Part shown: positions 1 to 12,720 of the stretch, in pieces
Numbering within the stretch: the first letter of the stretch is position 1
Layout of the letters: every line of letters starts with the position of its first letter
From: Vicugna vicugna
Taxonomy: Eukaryota
DNA length: 64,000 nt
Reading direction: 5' to 3'
NCBI GenBank assembly: GCA_013265495.1
Contig: MU062907.1
Span: forward strand, 1,368,861 to 1,432,860
Translations under genes and position numbers: made by a program
The notes under the pieces: model-generated
Seen by the model: only the letters and a program-made list of their open reading frames with translations
What the model was told of the DNA's origin: nothing
Databases searched by the model: none

Positions 1-479
1 GCCCAAGGTGGTTTCGGCACACTCTCCCTTCCTCGGTCTGTCTGACTAATGCTCCCATCTGCAAGCCCCAGGTGAGGGACGGCGGCGTCTCCACTGCGGC
101 CCCAGCGAGCGGCTGTGTTTGCGGAGTAACTGCCTGATGGTATCACACAGGGTGGTTTGGGTGAGCTGTCTCTTGGGAGCGCCTGCCTGTTGTTGGCCTT
201 AGCCCCTGCCTGGCCCCCACCCCAGCCCCCGCCTGAGGTCCCTGCATTATTCACAGGGCCGCAGGCCCCGCACCCTGCCACCAGCACTGTGTGAGACCCC
301 TCCCCGGCGGGTGCTGGTGTGTGTGCGTTTCAGGGACAGGGACCCTCTCTGCCTTTCCTGGGTTCCCACCTCCTTATTCTGGGAGATTTCCTCTCTGCTC
401 CTCTCAGCTGAAGAGGGCCCCTTTCTGGCCCCAAGTCCCTCTGACATTAAGAGAAGCCTAGGGACAATGCCATTAAAAG

Positions 480-600
480 AACTCGGTTCCAAGCCTGGCT
501 CGACCTCTACCATCTGCTGTGTGAACCGCCACCACCCATCTACCCCGCCGCTGTGCCTCAGTTTCCCAAGCTGTAAAATGGGACTAACAGTGTGAAGGGT
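480..600 (+). mobile_element. MIR SINE fragment
   Basis: gctgtgcctcagtttcccaagctgtaaaatggg matches the MIR core; boundaries approximate. Confidence 0.75.
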
Positions 601-849
601 CCCTTTGGGGTTAAAAGAGCTCAAAAGTGTGCAAAAGTGCTGGACGCGAGATTCCAAGGTCTTAACATCCTTCCTCTTCTTGACTCTGTCCCCTTGTGTT
701 CCCCAAGGACTGTCTCCTGGGTGGCAATCATGTACAGTCTCTATCAGAGGAGAAATAAAAACACGAGAAGTAATGGAGGGAGGAGAGCCTCGCCCTTTGG
801 GAATCCTCTGAGCTGATGGGAGAGATAAACTCTCTGGCGGGGAAACTGA

Positions 850-874
850 GTGTGTGTGTGTGTGTGTGTGCGCA
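850..874. repeat. (TG)10 microsatellite with cgca extension
   Basis: Read directly: tg x10 at 851-870. Confidence 0.95.
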
Positions 875-1539
875 TGGCAAGGGTGTTGTCCCGGCAGAGG
901 AGGGGCCTAGATACGTGTATTTAGGTTAGACCAATGACTGTAATGTCTTTTAAGCAGGCAAGAGCAATCAGCAAATTCATTAAGTTCCTGTTTACCACCT
1001 GTTGTCAAAGCTAATAATTTGATTTAACTAAGCTGATTATATTCATTAAAAACCATTAGGTCCCAGACGCAAATGTTCCTGTGTTTGTATTTTCATAATT
1101 ATGTTGACATTTCACAACTTGCACTTCAAGGGAGGCCTGGGCTCAAACTCCTCGCCCACCCTGGCCCACAGGGCTGGCTCCCTGCTGACTTCTTCAGCCT
1201 GGGTGATGTGCTAGCTGTGGGGGGACAAGTGGGGAACAAGACAGGCCTGGCTGTCCTTTGCCTGCAGCCCACTTTTTGTATCCATCACGTGCTGCCTCTG
1301 GTGTCCTGGATGGTCCGTGCCCTTCTGCCTGGATGGGCCCTTCTGCAGGCAGGGCCAAGGCCAGCCTGACATCCGGTTTCAGGAATCTCTGGGTGCCCGG
1401 TTGCCTAACTGAGCCTCTTGCAAGTGGGACAGCCCTCAACACAGCCTCTCCAGGGCACCATTGATTGACACGCCCACCATTAACTAGGCAACTGGAGGCT
1501 CCCTGGGTCCCCCTTCAGGGAAGAGGAAGGAACCAGTGT

Positions 1540-1720
1540 TTGTTAAGTTCCTGCCAGGTGCTGGCACCGAGGTTCCCTCTCTAATCCCTCCAGGAATGTA
1601 TCAGCATCTCCATTTTATAGATATGAAGCTGAGACTCAGGAAGTTAAGTAACTTACCCAAGTTCAAGCGGCCAGGTGTGTCGGTCCTGGGTCTGCACGCA
1701 GAGCCCGTGCCCTTTCCACC
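1540..1720 (-). mobile_element. MIR SINE fragment
   Basis: cattttatagatatgaagctgagactcaggaagttaagtaacttacccaag resembles the antisense MIR core. Confidence 0.8.
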
Positions 1721-3624
1721 CCACCATGCCTTCCTTCCCAAGAGAGAGGTAAACACGGCCCCAGGTGCTCCCGGTTCCTGACTCCCTGGGGTTTCAGTGC
1801 TGGCTTCTGGCTCCATCAGGAGCAATGGAACCAGACTGCATGGTACTCCACGAGGGCGGGTCTCAAGGGCACCGGCCTTCCTCCAGTGCCCTGGGATAAA
1901 TTCCCTTGTACCACAGGTCCTGGCCTGGCCCCTGGGGGCACTTGAATCCTAAAGAGTCCTTCAATCCATGCATTTGGGGCCCTGGACACAAGATGCTCCA
2001 TCTCCCTCCTCCCCTGTGGCCTGTACTCCAGAACCCTGAAGCCTGGACTAAGGCCCCACCCAAAGGCTACGCTTAGGGCAGCCGGAGCCCACCAGCTGTC
2101 CTCCGACCCTCTCTGGCTGGTGCCCCGGAGGGTTCTCCTAGATGCCCGTTCTCCTGGAGCAAGGACCAGAGTCTGCACCAGGGAGGCGTGGAGATGGCGC
2201 ACCCTGGGAGGGCTCAACACGCGGCAGGGAGAGTCCGGCTTTGTGATGACAGCAGTCAGAGTTGACAACCGTTGGCCAGGCGCTGTTCTAAGCCCTTTGC
2301 ACCGACAGGCAGGAAGATGTGCCTCTGGGGGCCTCAGCCTCCCCATCTCCACGCCCCCATACAGGGGAGTGGGCCATGAGGCCTCTGAGCTTGGATTTCT
2401 CGGTACCGTGGACGCAGCCTCCTTTCATCCTGGACTGTGATGGAGGGAGGGGCTGCGTCTGCCGGGATCTCCCCTGCTGGCCATGGAAGCAGGGGCGAGT
2501 CTGGGCCTGGAGGAAGGAAGAGCCCTTTCATGGGGGTGACATGAGGGGTCAGCCCCTCACGGCCTCCCCGGCTCACGCCTCTTCCTCTCCTCCTGTGCCC
2601 TGCTTCCTTTTCCTGTGACCTGGCTTTCTGTAGGGGCACCTCCCCACCTCTGTCTCTCCTCACCCTTTCTCTGACTTGCTTTTCCCAGGTCTCCCTTGGT
2701 GGTGCTGTTCCCAAGGACACCCCTGGCAGCCCCAGGGTGCAGGACACCAGTCCCAGCCCTGCCCCTGCACAGCACTGTCCCTCCCTGGGACCCTGTGTTC
2801 CTCCCATCGGCTCTTCTTTCCTTCCTCATCCTCTCTTTCCTCCTCTGCCTCCCCCTTCCTGCCTTCCCACTCCCATAGCTACCTTCCTGACTGTGGACAC
2901 CTCCCACCCGTCCTTCACCTCTCCCCCACCTCCCCACCCTCCTCTGGCCTCTTCCGTGTTCTGGACCTGCGCTGGGCCTCCACCCCATCCACCTGAGATG
3001 GGAGCAGCCTCTACATTTGCAGCAGACCAAAGCTTCTTGTCTCTACAAGAGAGGAAGCCTAGGGCTTGGACTGAGTAGTCAGCAGCTGCGGGGCTTGGAT
3101 GTTCAGAGGAGACAGGCGAGCCTAGCAGAAGAGATGAATGTTGCTCAGAAACCTGAAAGCGTGTGGGACTTTCCTTGGCATCTGTTCCATAGGTAAATCT
3201 CCTGCACCACTCTGAGGAAGGAATTAAACTTTAAAAAAAAAACCCAAAAAGTTAATGTTATTATGACCCAGACGGTGAGTGAGGTGGGTTAGGGAGGACA
3301 ATTTGGGGTAGAAACCCAGGCCTGGCAATGAAGGGAGACTGCTTTTGTGTGCCTTGGCTCCGCTCTGCTCTGCGGGAAGGCAGAGAGCCACACGGGCCCT
3401 GCCAGCCCTCCAGAGCTTATGTCCAGGGTGAGGGCTGCCTGAAGACTTCAGACAGTGCTTCTGGATATGAGCGAGAATAACTCAGTTCCCAGTGGGGGCA
3501 GGTGCATGGAGATGGGGGATGTCTTCTGGAAAGTGCTTTTTGCTGGGAAGGTTTGGGAGCCCCAGAGCCAAGGAAGCAGGCCTGGAACCCCTGGGTTTGT
3601 GTTCCAGCACCCCCACTTCCTACT

Positions 3625-3725
3625 GGGTCACCTGGAGTATGTGACTCTCTGGGGCTTGGTTTTGTCATCTTTAAAATGGGAACAATGTTCATAACCAATC
3701 TCACAGTGTCTGTGTGAGGCTGAAC
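3625..3725 (+). mobile_element. MIR SINE fragment
   Basis: ttttgtcatctttaaaatgggaacaatg resembles the MIR core; degenerate. Confidence 0.6.
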
Positions 3726-6700
3726 CACTGAATTCCAAAGGGGTCAGTCCATTTTCGCTTTATAAAAGGACATTTCTGAAAAGTATCCCTTTTCGAACAC
3801 ATTTTTAATTGAAGCATAAACAGCATCCCAAGCAACCACGCAGGAGTCCAGCCGTCCTTTGGCGTGCCCAGATGGAAATGCCGGATTCCTCTTTGTCTCT
3901 GCCACTCACCCGCTGTGTGCCCATCTGTAAAAGGAGGAGGTGATAATCAATGTTTCTCAACCTGCAGGTTTGACATTATTTCCTCAAGAACCCAGCGTCC
4001 CTGTATTTTTGTCACTGGCCCATAGCAGTGGGGACAGTCAAATGGGGGCTGGGAGGGGTGTGGGAAGAAGGCCTCCTCTACAGAGCTGGGATCCAGGAAA
4101 AAGAGATCCAGGTAGGAGAACTCTGGTCTTGAGTCAACTTCTAGAAAGAAGCAGGGTCCATGCATGCCCTGGGGCCCCAAACCTAAATATTCAGAGGCTT
4201 CTGCAGCTGGGGTGTGGTAGGGGTGAGTCACCCAGCAGGGAAAGAAATAGGAAAAACAATCCTGTTGTTCACCTCCCTTCCCCCTCCTGGGCTCCCGAGC
4301 AGGGAGGCTGAGCAGGATCAAAGGCACACGCACTGCCAGAGCCAGACGTTGGCATCTTCAGTCACCTGGGCAAGCTGGAGAGAGGCTGCTGCAGGATGTA
4401 ACAACGGGAACACGCACGCTCCCTCCCCACCACCTTGCAAGGACCTTTAATGAGCCCCTTGCAAAGCTATGGCCCTTTAAACAGATCACATCCCTCCACG
4501 TCAGAAAGAAAGCATTATTAATAAGTTGCCCTGGGCACCGGGTAATGATTGTGAGCGGCTGTGAGCCAGGATACACGAGGGCACTGCAACTTGAAAGGGA
4601 ACATTTCCCAAAGGGAGGTGATAGGTCTTGATAATTGTTATAATAACAGCTCAGGGGGCCTGGGCTGGTCCTTTCATCCTGTGAGGTCATAAATGGCTTT
4701 CTCCAGCAGGGAAAGGACAGGGCCTCCACCCACCGCAAACACCCCGTGGCCCACACTCACCCAGCTGGGGATTGGCCCCCCTGTTATTTCTGAGCTGGGA
4801 AAACTTCGGGATTGTTAAAACAAGGTGAGCTAATTGTGCCTGTGTGCGCATCCTCCCAGGATGGGAGTGGAAATTCCACCGGTCGAGTAGGTGCGCAAGT
4901 CTTCTGCCAGGAGGCCGGTCCCCTTATGCTGGCCTGGTTTCCTCCGACGTCTCGCACGCAGACCTGGAGCGTGCGAAGGAGTTGAGGCTTGGGTGGCTGT
5001 GTGAGTGGCCGCACACGCGTGGCCCATTAACTTCCCCCTTCTCCTCAGGTGTGTTTGCACCTGAAGAGTTGACAGTTGTGTCCTGAGGAAGGGAGGGTTG
5101 GCACAACTCTGACTTCCTACTTGGTTGGGCTCAGAGCATCTCTTTAGGGCTCTAGCCATGAACACCTGCTGCGGCCAAAGGGAGGGCTGGTCGTCGGAGT
5201 GCCAACGACACGCGTGTCAGTGTCATCCAAACCACACGTTTAAGGCTCTTTGTCCTCTGGCTGTTTTCTTTTACGCTAGTCTGAGTGGTGAGCATGGGCT
5301 CATATGTGCCAACCTGAGATAGCAGTACCGTGGGAGCCCCCTGGGCCTGCTAATTGTCCTGCAGAGGAGGTGGCCACGTTCATGCTCACTTGGTTTGGAA
5401 GAGGACGGGGCTCACCTCCACTTTGCTTCTGCCTCTGTGCTGGTTCGGAGCTGCCTGCCCTACGTGGAGCATCTTCCCAGCCCTCAGCTCTGGCCCCTCC
5501 TCAGCCCTTCACAAAGGCCCCCGGGGGTCTTCAGCCCCAAGGTACTGGCCTTGCTGAGCAACCGCAATCTTCCCTGGGAGCCTAGTGGGAACACACACCC
5601 CGGGCTCTCCTGGGACTCTTGGGTCAATTGTCAACCCTTGGTCACGTGCTGGGCCACACCTAGGATTTGGAAAAATGCTCCCTGGATCTCCTTCCTCGCC
5701 AAGCTTCATCAGGCACCTAGAGGCCTTGTGGCTCCACAGATTTTCATAAATCGCCGTGGACCTGATCTTTTTTAATTAGGTTCTGTCCTCTTGTCTGCCT
5801 ACACAGACCTGAATGCATAAAGGGCTTCTGGGAAATGCTGCTGAGACCGAAGCGGAGGGCATTTGAAGACGGGCAGGTGTGTAGGGAGCTTAGGAACAGG
5901 GGTTCAGATCCGACCCTGCCACTTGAGCACGCTATTTGCCTTTGCTGCTTGGTTTCTTCTCCTGTAGATCGGGGATAAGACACGTTCCTCATGGGACGGC
6001 GAGAGGAGGGAATGAGTTAATGCATGAAGAACATTGAGAACAGTGCCTGGACCGTGGACTGTCAGCTGCGGTAGTAATAATTATTATTTTTATTATTGTG
6101 AAAGTGAGGGAGGAGCTGAACTCTGACTTTTCCAAGCCCCATTCTCCGGAACCAGGGCCTCCATGACTCACCCACCTCCAGCAGACAAGCACCTTGCTAA
6201 AGCCCCCAGGGCCGTCCTTGACTCTCATGAGCTGCAGGCTTCCCCTGGCAGGAGGTTCCCCTTAGGTCAGATCTAGCTTGTGTGCCGTGGCCAAGCTGCA
6301 TCTCTGTGCCTCCCTCCTGCTTGATGCAGAGAAGGAGGAAGGCCCGGTTTTCCAGGCTACAAGGTACCCCTGTGACCAGAGCCCAAAAGGTGAGGATGAT
6401 GCCAAGGTGGTCCCAGCCTGCTAGCCCCAATACCTGCGGTAACAGTTCCTTGGATCCAGCCTTAGAACAAGAGCAGCCACTCGAACACCCAGATGGAGTG
6501 CCCATAAAGGCTTTGCGTGCAAACCCTCACTGTGTCCACCCCTCACCTCCAAGCAGCCTCTGACAGCAAGGGTCACGGAGATGACCCTTCACTGTGGGTC
6601 CCTCTGTCACCTACGGCTCAAGGAATGTATGTTTTCCCAAACGTCAGTTCACCATCAACAAGGCACCACTGCAAAGGGTATTGTGTTTCCTCTGTGCCAA

Positions 6701-6953
6701 CTCCTATCCATCCTTCATGGCTCAGCTCAAAAGTCACCTCCACCAGGAAGCCTTCCCGGACCCCTTCAGTCTCCCTCTCTGAATTCCTCTGGCCCCCGGC
6801 AGTAATATGCGGTAGGCCAAAGGTTTCTTAGGGCCTAGACATCTTCCCAGCCTATTTCACCTTGATGGCTGAAGTCTGTGGCCAGGGTGAAGGGACAGAG
6901 CGTCTCAAAATCTCTTCAGTAGCCAAGATGCAGACCTGCATTCTTGCCCTCAG

Positions 6954-8847
6954 GGAGGTGGCTTTTCCCCTGCACAAGGCCACACCTGCTTCTGGAGGAA
7001 AGGGAAGTCATTGGACCTCACTCTGAACTTGCCATGGGCTACTTACAGGACTCAGGTAAGAGCCAGGCAGGACAGGAGAGGACAGGCTGGCCTCCATCAG
7101 AGTTGGATTTGGACGTCAAGTGCCAAGAGGAAGCCATTTGGGAAGCACTGTGTCTCAGTAAAGCCTGCTCTGCAGTGGTGCCCCCCACCCCACCGCCTGG
7201 ATGCTCTTCGGATCTCTCCACGCCCCTGCTGCTGTCTCTCAGTCTCCGTGCCACCGGTTCTCTGCTTTCTTTTAAGGCAGCCTATTGAACATTCCCAGAC
7301 TGGTAATTCTCACACATCAGCCAGGTGAGTGTGCAGACCCAGCCTTGGCACAGAGAGCAGTCCACTGCCCCCCTGCCGCCACACCCCATCTAAGGCCACG
7401 TCAGCATACTGCAGGGCAAAGACCGGCCAGCTGACCCCCGGGTACCCATTTTCAGGCGGACACCGGCAAATCCCCGAGCCTGGAATGCCAAGGTGCGGTC
7501 GTCCCCCGCTGGGTTCTGCTGGAGTAAAGCACCCAAGGCTTTGAGGTTATTATTTATTGGTTTCTATCTAGGATGCTCTACATCACAAATAAAACGGAGA
7601 GAAACAGCTGCCTTCCGGAAGAGGGAAGTCAGGGGGTCCAAGACAGAAAACGGTCGTGACCCAGCGTCAGCCTCCCGGTGGCCCAACCCAGCCAGGGTGT
7701 CCTCTGACCTCTGCCTCTCCTGCCACGGCTCTGAGCCGACAAGTAGTTGCAGGGGGTGAAGGAACCACATTAGGTGACCGGGCAGGGTGGCAAGACAGTG
7801 GGCAGAAAGGGGCGACCCAAAGTCAAAGGTCGGGAGAGGTGCATCGGGCTGAGACCGTCGCCGCCAGGGGGGACCCATTCCCAGACCTGGGCACCTCGCC
7901 GCGCTTCCCGGCTGGACACACCTTGCCTCCCTCTGGGGATCTCCTTCCCCGCCCCCCCCCCTCCGGGGAGTTTCCACACACAATCGTTGGCAGATGTTTA
8001 TTTTCATCACCATTTTTAAGGTGAACGGCATTTGTCACATTCCTTCCTGGCTGGCTTTGATGTGGGGCGATTTCCCACTCCCTAATGACAGGTGAGGAGC
8101 CGGCCGGCTGACACCCGGCACCTCTGGGCGGCCTCGCCAGCCCCGCCAGATCTGGTTCCCACAGCGGCTGCCTGTTTTCAGCCTCTGTTCCCGGGCCCTT
8201 AATTAAGATCCTCCGTAATGATGGCGAGGAACCTCTCCCGCGATTACCTCCCGGCTTTCACAGCTCTCCCAGGCGCTGTCTCCCCCTCCTCCTCCCGGCT
8301 CCCACCCGCTCCTCTCCTGGCCCTGATGTGAGGAGCCACGGATGTAGCTTTTGCTGAGGGTTTGGGGCGTTCACGTGAGGGTTTGGGGAATGTTTAGACA
8401 TTCCGGTGATGCTTGAGTGCAACATAATAATGACATCGGAGATAGTTTTAATGCCTGTGCCCTAGAGAAACCATAAAACGACAGTGTAGTGCAGAGCCTG
8501 GCACACAGACGGGACTCATTACACGTGGGTCTGATGAGTGAAATGAATGAAAAGATTAGCGTGTGTGTGAGTTTAGTACAAAACACAGAATCTTGATGTT
8601 TGGGGCAGAACACGTCTGGTTTTCTGACCAGAAGGAGTCTTCGATGCCGGACCGCTCTTCATGAACTCAGTGTTTGGGCTCATCAAGGCTGAGACCTGGG
8701 GGTCTGGCCATGAGGCGGGTGCAGAGTGGGGAGAGCACTGGTCCAGGCCGTACCGCCCCCACTTCTGCCTTGGCTCTGCCCTGGCCTCGCTTTTCTGGCC
8801 TCCACGTTCTTGTCTGCAGACTGGGACTCTTAAACCCAACTGTACAG
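6954..8847 (+). other. Putative spliced transcript, exons 6954-7055, 7277-7324, 8820-8847; possible 27-aa sORF
   Basis: Near-consensus donors CAG|GTAAGA, CAG|GTGAGT and CAG|GTAGGT; pyrimidine-tract acceptors; Kozak GCCATGG at 7031-7037. No homology recognised. Confidence 0.3.
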
Positions 8848-9529
8848 GTAGGTCGTGAAGCAGCGACCAGACCCTGCCTGTGAAGATATCCGGAGAGAAC
8901 CATTCCAGATGGAGTCAAGCTGAAGGTGGGCCTTGCCTTCTCCATCTGGAGGAAGAAGGGACTGAGCGTTCCAGGACTGCGGGGCCTTGGCCCGGGCTGC
9001 AGCCCCACGGACCCCGAATGGGCCTCGGCCAGCTCTCAGCCTTCTCCCTGGGCCAGGGCTCCCATTCCTCCTCCCCCTCAGTGTCCTGCCTCCTCCACCC
9101 TCTGCAACGCAGGCTTCCTGCCCCACCTTCCCTCGCAGTCCAGCGCTTACCCTGTTCTTTCAGACCACCGTGGTGCCTGGCCTCGCCCAGACACATCTCA
9201 TATCTCCAAGCAGGTTTCTACTTTCTTGAAGGAAGCCCTGGAGTCATAGGATGAGGTCAAAAAGATCTAGGACTCATTCAGGTCAAATCCTCTGAGGTAA
9301 AGGCTGAGAACAGGCTGTCAAGGGTGAAAGGGCAGGTTCAAGGCCATCCGGATAGTCAGCTGCCAAGGTTGGAAGGAACAGCTATCGGTCCCTCGTCCTA
9401 AGCCCTTTCTAGAAGACCCAGTGCGGTGCAGACACGTGGGTGGTGGAGGAGGTGTGTGCGGGTGAGTGAGAATCTGACCCCTCGGCCTCACCAAGGGGTG
9501 GATGTGCACAATTCTCTTTTTTTCCATTT

Positions 9530-9625
9530 TTTTAATTGAAGTATAGTCAGGGTACGATGTTGTGTCAATTTCTGGTGTACAGCACAATGTCTCAGCCAGA
9601 CATATACATACATATATTCCTCTTC
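9530..9625 (-). mobile_element. Short L1 3'-end fragment (artiodactyl-type)
   Basis: ttttttaattgaagtatagtca...gatgttgtgtcaatttctggtgtacagcac resembles the L1 3' UTR also seen at 31.2 and 41.7 kb. Confidence 0.75.
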
Positions 9626-9694
9626 ATCCCGCCCAGTTCTGCCTGAGTCCTGCGGTGTCCCGGGCTCCGTCCCTGGTGTAGGCACTCTCATTTC

Positions 9695-9745
9695 CCCTCC
9701 CTCTCTCTGAGCCTCAGTTTCCCCATCTGTCAAATGAAGGGTTAC
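9695..9745 (+). mobile_element. MIR SINE fragment
   Basis: ctctctgagcctcagtttccccatctgtcaaatg matches the MIR core. Confidence 0.8.
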
Positions 9746-11745
9746 GATCGGAAGACTGTTGCACTGCCTCCGGCTGGGTCATTCCCTGGCACCAGGAAGA
9801 GAAACAGGTGATGCGGAAGCCCCGCCCCTTGCCTGGTGTCTCCCTCTCACACACCTGCCCACTCTGTGTCCAGCTGTCCTTCGGAGAGGCTAACCTGTCC
9901 CGAGAGGTGGCTGGCTTTGGAGGCGGGGCGGGCGTGGTGAGTCACCGGCTGGGAGCCTGGGATTTTAAGCTCTGTTCCCCACCTGGACGCCCACTTGTAG
10001 CACAGCTGTGAGAACACCCTGGAGTGGTTTCTGAGCCTGCTTCTTCGCAAACTTGAGACAACAGTTAGCCTCCAGCCACCCACCTCCTCCTGCTCGTGGT
10101 CAGGGTGCAGATCTAAGGAGATCTCCTGCCCTGTCAGTGAGGGGTTATTATGACTAACCCCAAAGAGCCAGCGAGGGGGTGAGAAGGTGGAGAGAGTGCA
10201 GTCAGGCCAGAGCCCAGAGGACAGAGGAGGCTGGACGGTGCAGCTGAGAGGGGGCGGCTGAGCCTCCACGGGCCACTCTGCCCAAGGGGCTGGCGGTCGA
10301 GAAGAGCTCCATCAGAGCCAGGAAGCAGAAAGGCGGCCTTGGGAGCACCTGGGGACTTCTTAGGGGTCTAGATACACCACTCTTTGGCCACTGAATATGC
10401 TCAATATTTGTGAATTTGATAGGATGTTTTAATCCGTGTCGAGAAAAATTTCCTGAAGGTCTCAGAAGGACCACCAACCTATTTCTCTGACCTGGCCACA
10501 GAGCAGAGGACTTGGTTTTGGGGAGCTGAGGTCCTGAGGGGTGTGGGGTGGGGCTGGTGGGCCGGGAGCCCGCCCTGCAATTCAGGTCCTCCGAGTGCTC
10601 TTCACCCAGGGCGTGTGTTCTATTTGCCCGGTGCCTTCCTTCCCAGGAACTCAGAGGAGGGGCAGTTTGTTATTTGGGGAACTTTCAACATGCAGGGGAG
10701 GCACTGGGATCCTTATCAGGGGTGGGGCACAAGCCTGGGGAGGGGCCACCCTGTCTCCGCTCCACCTCCCCGCAACCCGCAGTCTAGATTTTCTGGGACA
10801 GCTGGATTTCAGCATTTGGGCCCAGGAGACAGCCGGCCCTGCTACCTAATCATTGCCGGAAAGAAAGCCCTCAGATCAAATACCTTATCAGCAAAGTCAT
10901 TATTTTGAGTGCCTTCCCTCGGCTCTTAACGCCAGTGAATCATCCCACACAGGTCTCCTCGAAGCTACCCCGGGTTGCACTTCACGAATGGTTTATCTTG
11001 GAAGGTTTAGCAGGAAGGAGGCTGCTCTAAGCTGGGCAACCGGGAGACTTCACTAACACTTAAAACAAAGCGGGTTGACGTTTGGCCGGCTCTGCTTTCG
11101 CGTATTCCCAGGCTCAAGTCCCTTGCAACATATTTCACCGGGTCCATCGTTCTGTTCCGGGAAGAACCTTGGGGCTAGTTAGGCCGCTCTGATTTTCACA
11201 AAAGGACGTCCAACTTTCCCCCGGTTTGACATCTGGTGGGTCACTGGGTGTCATGCAAAACCTTATCACCTGGAAGAGCTTCAGTTGAAGGCTCCAGGCC
11301 CGAGAACTTACAGTTCCCTGTTGTCTGTCTGCCTGAACCGGGCCCGGAGACACGCTCCTTCGAAAGCATTACTTTAGGGATCTGCAGACAACATCTTCCG
11401 TCATTTGCTCTGACTTCCACCCCTGGACAAAGTCAGATCATCAGCACTCATGTAACTGGCTGAGCCTTACATCCTTAGCCCCTCAACCAGCCGCGTTTCC
11501 CGTTAGGTAGACTCCCCTATGCCCGCTGTACAAACGTAGGAGACAGCTCGCTGCTGCGTCTGCTGCAAAGTCTCCTCTGGGCGCTTCGCCCATTGTCTTG
11601 TCCATTGTCCTCTTTGTGTCTGTGGTTTTTTTGGGGGGGGTGGAGGGGCGGTGAAGGAGACATTTCTGTCTGTTCTCTGGGACATCAGGAATGCTGCTCT
11701 TCCTCCTAGGCAAGCAGTTTGCTTTCATCTTGCGGATCCTGGGAA

Positions 11746-12028
11746 NNNNNNNNNNNNNNNNNNNNNNNNNNNNNNNNNNNNNNNNNNNNNNNNNNNNNNN
11801 NNNNNNNNNNNNNNNNNNNNNNNNNNNNNNNNNNNNNNNNNNNNNNNNNNNNNNNNNNNNNNNNNNNNNNNNNNNNNNNNNNNNNCTTTACCCTGGNNNN
11901 NNNNNNNNNNNNNNNNNNNNNNNNNNNNNNNNNNNNNNNNNNNNNNNNNNNNNNNNNNNNNNNNNNNNNNNNNNNNNNNNNNNNNNNNNNNNNNNNNNNN
12001 NNNNNNNNNNNNNNNNNNNNNNNNNNNN
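11746..12028. other. Assembly gaps (140 N and 132 N) separated by an 11-bp island
   Basis: N runs 11746-11885 and 11897-12028. Confidence 0.98.
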
Positions 12029-12299
12029 ATTCCCCATCACTAGACAACATATCAGAATTTTTGATTTGGGAAATCAGGCCCATAAAGCTCCCGCTGTCCC
12101 CAGGGCCACCATTCTCCTACAAGGCCAGCCCAACAGATCGGCTGAACAGAGCTCAGAATCTACTCTCCAAAGGGTGGGGAGACAAGAGTGAAAAAGAAAA
12201 AAACAACGACACAGACACCAAGTCAGGTGATGCTAAGGGCTGTGATGCAAATGAAGCAGGGTAGGGGGACTGGGGCACAGACAGCCCGGCCAGGGGCAA

Positions 12300-12720
12300 T
12301 CTCGCTGAGAGGGGATATTTGAGCCGAGCCCAAGGAGCAGAGGGAGGTAATCACAGTGTCCACGGTGGAAGAGCATTCCAGGCCGAGGCACTGGCTAGCG
12401 CAGAGCTTGGTGGCCAGCTGAGAAGTCAGAGGGACGCAAGAAGGTTGGCGTGCTTGGAGCTGACCAATGAGGAGGACAGTGACAGGAGACGGGGAGCAGG
12501 GCCTTGATCCTAGTGGTCCTCCTAGGCCACAGTAGAGATTCAAGGTTCTTCTGAGAGGAGAAGCCTTCAATGGGTCTGGGCAGCAGTGTGACATGATCTG
12601 ACTTAAGTTTCAGCATAATCACCGTGCCAGTCAGGGCAGGGATGAAGAGGGGAAGAGTTAGGAGGATACTGTGGTCCAGACAAGCACAGATGAGGGTTTG
12701 AACTACAGCAGGGATAGAAG
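12300..12720 (-). mobile_element. L2 LINE fragment
   Basis: gagaagccttcaatgggtctgggcagcagtgtgacatgatctgacttaagttt is typical antisense L2. Confidence 0.65.

Noticed and set aside
11651-12264. ORFs containing X runs (also near 31.6-32.4, 39.3-40.1 and 51.4-51.9 kb)
   Set aside because: Length is inflated by N-gaps.
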